From the NCBI RefSeq assembly GCF_000018105.1, contig NC_009925.1, forward strand, positions 2,850,001 to 2,882,000: a stretch of DNA of 32,000 nucleotides. Reading direction: 5' to 3'. The notes under the pieces were generated by a model. The model saw nothing but the letters and a program-made list of their open reading frames with translations, made no database searches and was not told the origin of the DNA. Origin of the DNA: Acaryochloris marina MBIC11017. Its GTDB lineage: Bacteria > Cyanobacteriota > Cyanobacteriia > Thermosynechococcales > Thermosynechococcaceae. Positions 30,397-32,000 of the stretch are shown here, piece by piece. The stretch's first letter is position 1. Each line of letters begins with the position of its first letter. A program made the position numbers and the translations under genes.

Positions 30397-31173
30397 ATGC
30401 ATTTAGAAACCATCCATTTGTATAAAAGCTTTGCGGTTCGCCAAGGGCAGCTTTCAGTTCTTGAAGACATTAATCTGCATGTGGAAGCGGGGGAGTTTGT
30501 CTGTGTTGTCGGTGCCTCAGGTTCAGGTAAATCGACACTACTCCGTCTAGTGGCCGGTTTGGACACGCCGACCTCCGGCTTAATTACGGTAGATGGTCTC
30601 CGGGTGATTGGTCCGGGTAATGACCGCGGTATGGTGTTCCAACGCTATACCCTTTATCCCTGGATGACTGTGGCTGAGAATGTGGCTTTTGGCCTGAAGC
30701 TGCAAAAACTGCCTAAATCAGAGCGCCAGCAGCGGGTAGCCTATTATTTGGAGGTCGTGGGTCTCACTAATTTTGCCCGAGCCTTACCCCGTGAACTTTC
30801 GGGTGGAATGCAGCAACGAGTCGCCATCGCACGTTCCTTAGCCTGTCAACCCAAAATTTTACTGATGGATGAACCGTTTGGGGCCTTAGATGTGCAAACC
30901 AAAGAGACCATGCAGGAATTTTTACTGGATCTATGGCGACGGACAGGGACGACCATTTTAATGATCACCCATGATGTGGAAGAAGCCATTTTCCTGTCGC
31001 AGCGCATTTATGTTCTCACCGCTCGCCCAGGTTCGGTTCAACGGGAGGTGTTTATTAACCTACCTGCAGAACGGACGTATACGATCAAGCGTCAGGCTCT
31101 CTTTCAAGACTATCGCGATGAAATTATGGATCTGTTACGGGAGAAATCTGCCTTAGATCCAGTGATAGACTGA
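30397..31173 (+). CDS. ABC transporter ATP-binding protein
   Basis: 258 aa. It has Walker A GASGSGKST, signature LSGGMQQR, Walker B LLMDEP and H-loop ITHD. Confidence 0.9.
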   Translation: MHLETIHLYKSFAVRQGQLSVLEDINLHVEAGEFVCVVGASGSGKSTLLRLVAGLDTPTSGLITVDGLRVIGPGNDRGMVFQRYTLYPWMTVAENVAFGLKLQKLPKSERQQRVAYYLEVVGLTNFARALPRELSGGMQQRVAIARSLACQPKILLMDEPFGALDVQTKETMQEFLLDLWRRTGTTILMITHDVEEAIFLSQRIYVLTARPGSVQREVFINLPAERTYTIKRQALFQDYRDEIMDLLREKSALDPVID

Positions 31174-31180
31174 GGTTCAG

Positions 31181-31666
31181 CTACCCAGGTTGCCGTTCTA
31201 AAGTCGCTTCCATAGTATTAAGCAGATAGTGGTCGCTCATCATGCCGCTCGACAAGCGGTAGATATTATCAGCAATGCGATGAATGGTTTCAAAACCACT
31301 GCGGCGTTCCCGATCGCCCAAAACCCAAAATCGCTGCACAATCGATTCAGGACCGATCCAGCCTTCGCCTTCGACTTGGCCGAGTTGGCTATGTTTAAGG
31401 ACATAGGTATACCGCTGGTCGTTACTGCCTAAACGACCGCGATACTGCATGATAATTTCTGGGGTGCCTTGACGAGCAATAGCAGACTCTTCCGGGAACA
31501 ACAGCTTGGTTGCCATGGTAAACCAGCTGTCACAGTTCCACGCCACTAGAGTGCGGCCATGGATAGCAACAGGGTCTTGATTCCGTTCCATCCAAGTCCC
31601 TTTAAAAGTCCATCGGCCCGCATCCAATAAAAATGTGTGGGTCGCAGTGCCCCTATTCTCTGGCAT
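31181..31666 (-). CDS. Hypothetical protein (161 aa from Met51 of the ORF)
   Basis: The ORF is 31181..31816. Its first 30 codons (31727-31816) overlap the anmK 3' end, so I chose ATG 31666 (MPENRGTATHTF). I recognise no domain. Confidence 0.5.
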   Translation of the reverse strand: MPENRGTATHTFLLDAGRWTFKGTWMERNQDPVAIHGRTLVAWNCDSWFTMATKLLFPEESAIARQGTPEIIMQYRGRLGSNDQRYTYVLKHSQLGQVEGEGWIGPESIVQRFWVLGDRERRSGFETIHRIADNIYRLSSGMMSDHYLLNTMEATLERQPG

Positions 31667-31728
31667 TTTGTTAATGTTGGTGAGTCCTTGTTCTTTCCTT
31701 AGGATGCCCACTGGGCCAAGCCTCTGGA

Positions 31729-32000
31729 TCAGACAAGGTGCAATTCTCCCAGGAGAATCGGGCCTGATGCTCCGGTCACCGCCGGTACGTTGCCAGGGAT
31801 TTGCAGCTGTTGCCAATAGGCCAATACGGCAAATGCGATCGCTTCCTTCGCATCAGAATTCAACCCCACATCATCCGTCGTTAACACAGTGCTACCGCCT
31901 AAGCGCTGCTGCAAACACTGCCGTAAATAACCATTGCGACTCCCACCTCCACAGAGAACCACTTGATCAGGAGGATGTGGTAAAAACTGGTCATAGTTAT
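31729..32000 (-). CDS. anmK: Anhydro-N-acetylmuramic acid kinase, C-terminal part (N-terminus lies outside the window)
   Basis: The frame is open from 31998. It reads [62 protein letters not shown]...[16 protein letters not shown], a typical AnmK C-terminus. Confidence 0.85.
   Translation of the reverse strand, partial: NYDQFLPHPPDQVVLCGGGSRNGYLRQCLQQRLGGSTVLTTDDVGLNSDAKEAIAFAVLAYWQQLQIPGNVPAVTGASGPILLGELHLV

Noticed and set aside
31667-31816. The full-length 211-aa version of ORF 31181..31816
   Set aside because: Its first 30 codons (31727-31816) overlap the anmK 3' end in another frame and encode Arg/Pro/Gly-rich filler. The internal ATG 31666 gives a compact non-overlapping gene.

Overview
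Cyanobacterial chromosomal segment. Evidence for the taxon is at least 14 perfect HIP1 palindromes (GCGATCGC) plus ycf3, sqdB and anmK. I support about 25 protein genes. Left to right: sqdB (cut by the window edge), an orphan Tat-signal TRAP solute-binding protein, and an overlapping GH2/GH9 glycoside-hydrolase pair. Next comes a membrane hydrolase-like gene, then a NACHT (STAND) NTPase. That NTPase body is interrupted by about 110 residues of (G-L-I-x)n glycine-zipper repeats, and its 5' region is broken by an in-frame amber codon and an A7 frameshift. It is followed by two tandem paralogous zinc-ribbon/Ser-Thr-kinase/FGE-sulfatase-domain genes, the second apparently a pseudokinase. After these come an orphan, very Gln-rich, hook-less SbcC/SMC-like ATPase and several secreted or hypothetical proteins. 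Then follow a CPBP protease, ycf3, an EamA transporter and a DUF389 membrane protein. The most coherent system is at 25.8-31.2 kb. A guanidine-I (ykkC) riboswitch with a competing terminator precedes an arginase-family 'agmatinase', HypA-like and HypB-like Ni chaperones, and a NitT/TauT-type ABC importer. This matches the recently described Ni-dependent guanidine hydrolase module (GdmH/GhaA/GhaB) that routine annotation mislabels as agmatinase plus hydrogenase maturation. The least explained region is the NACHT / kinase-FGE / SMC-like neighbourhood at 7.6-17.2 kb. No rRNA, tRNA, CRISPR array or transposase was seen. All calls come from reading the sequence and ORF translations; no database search was run.
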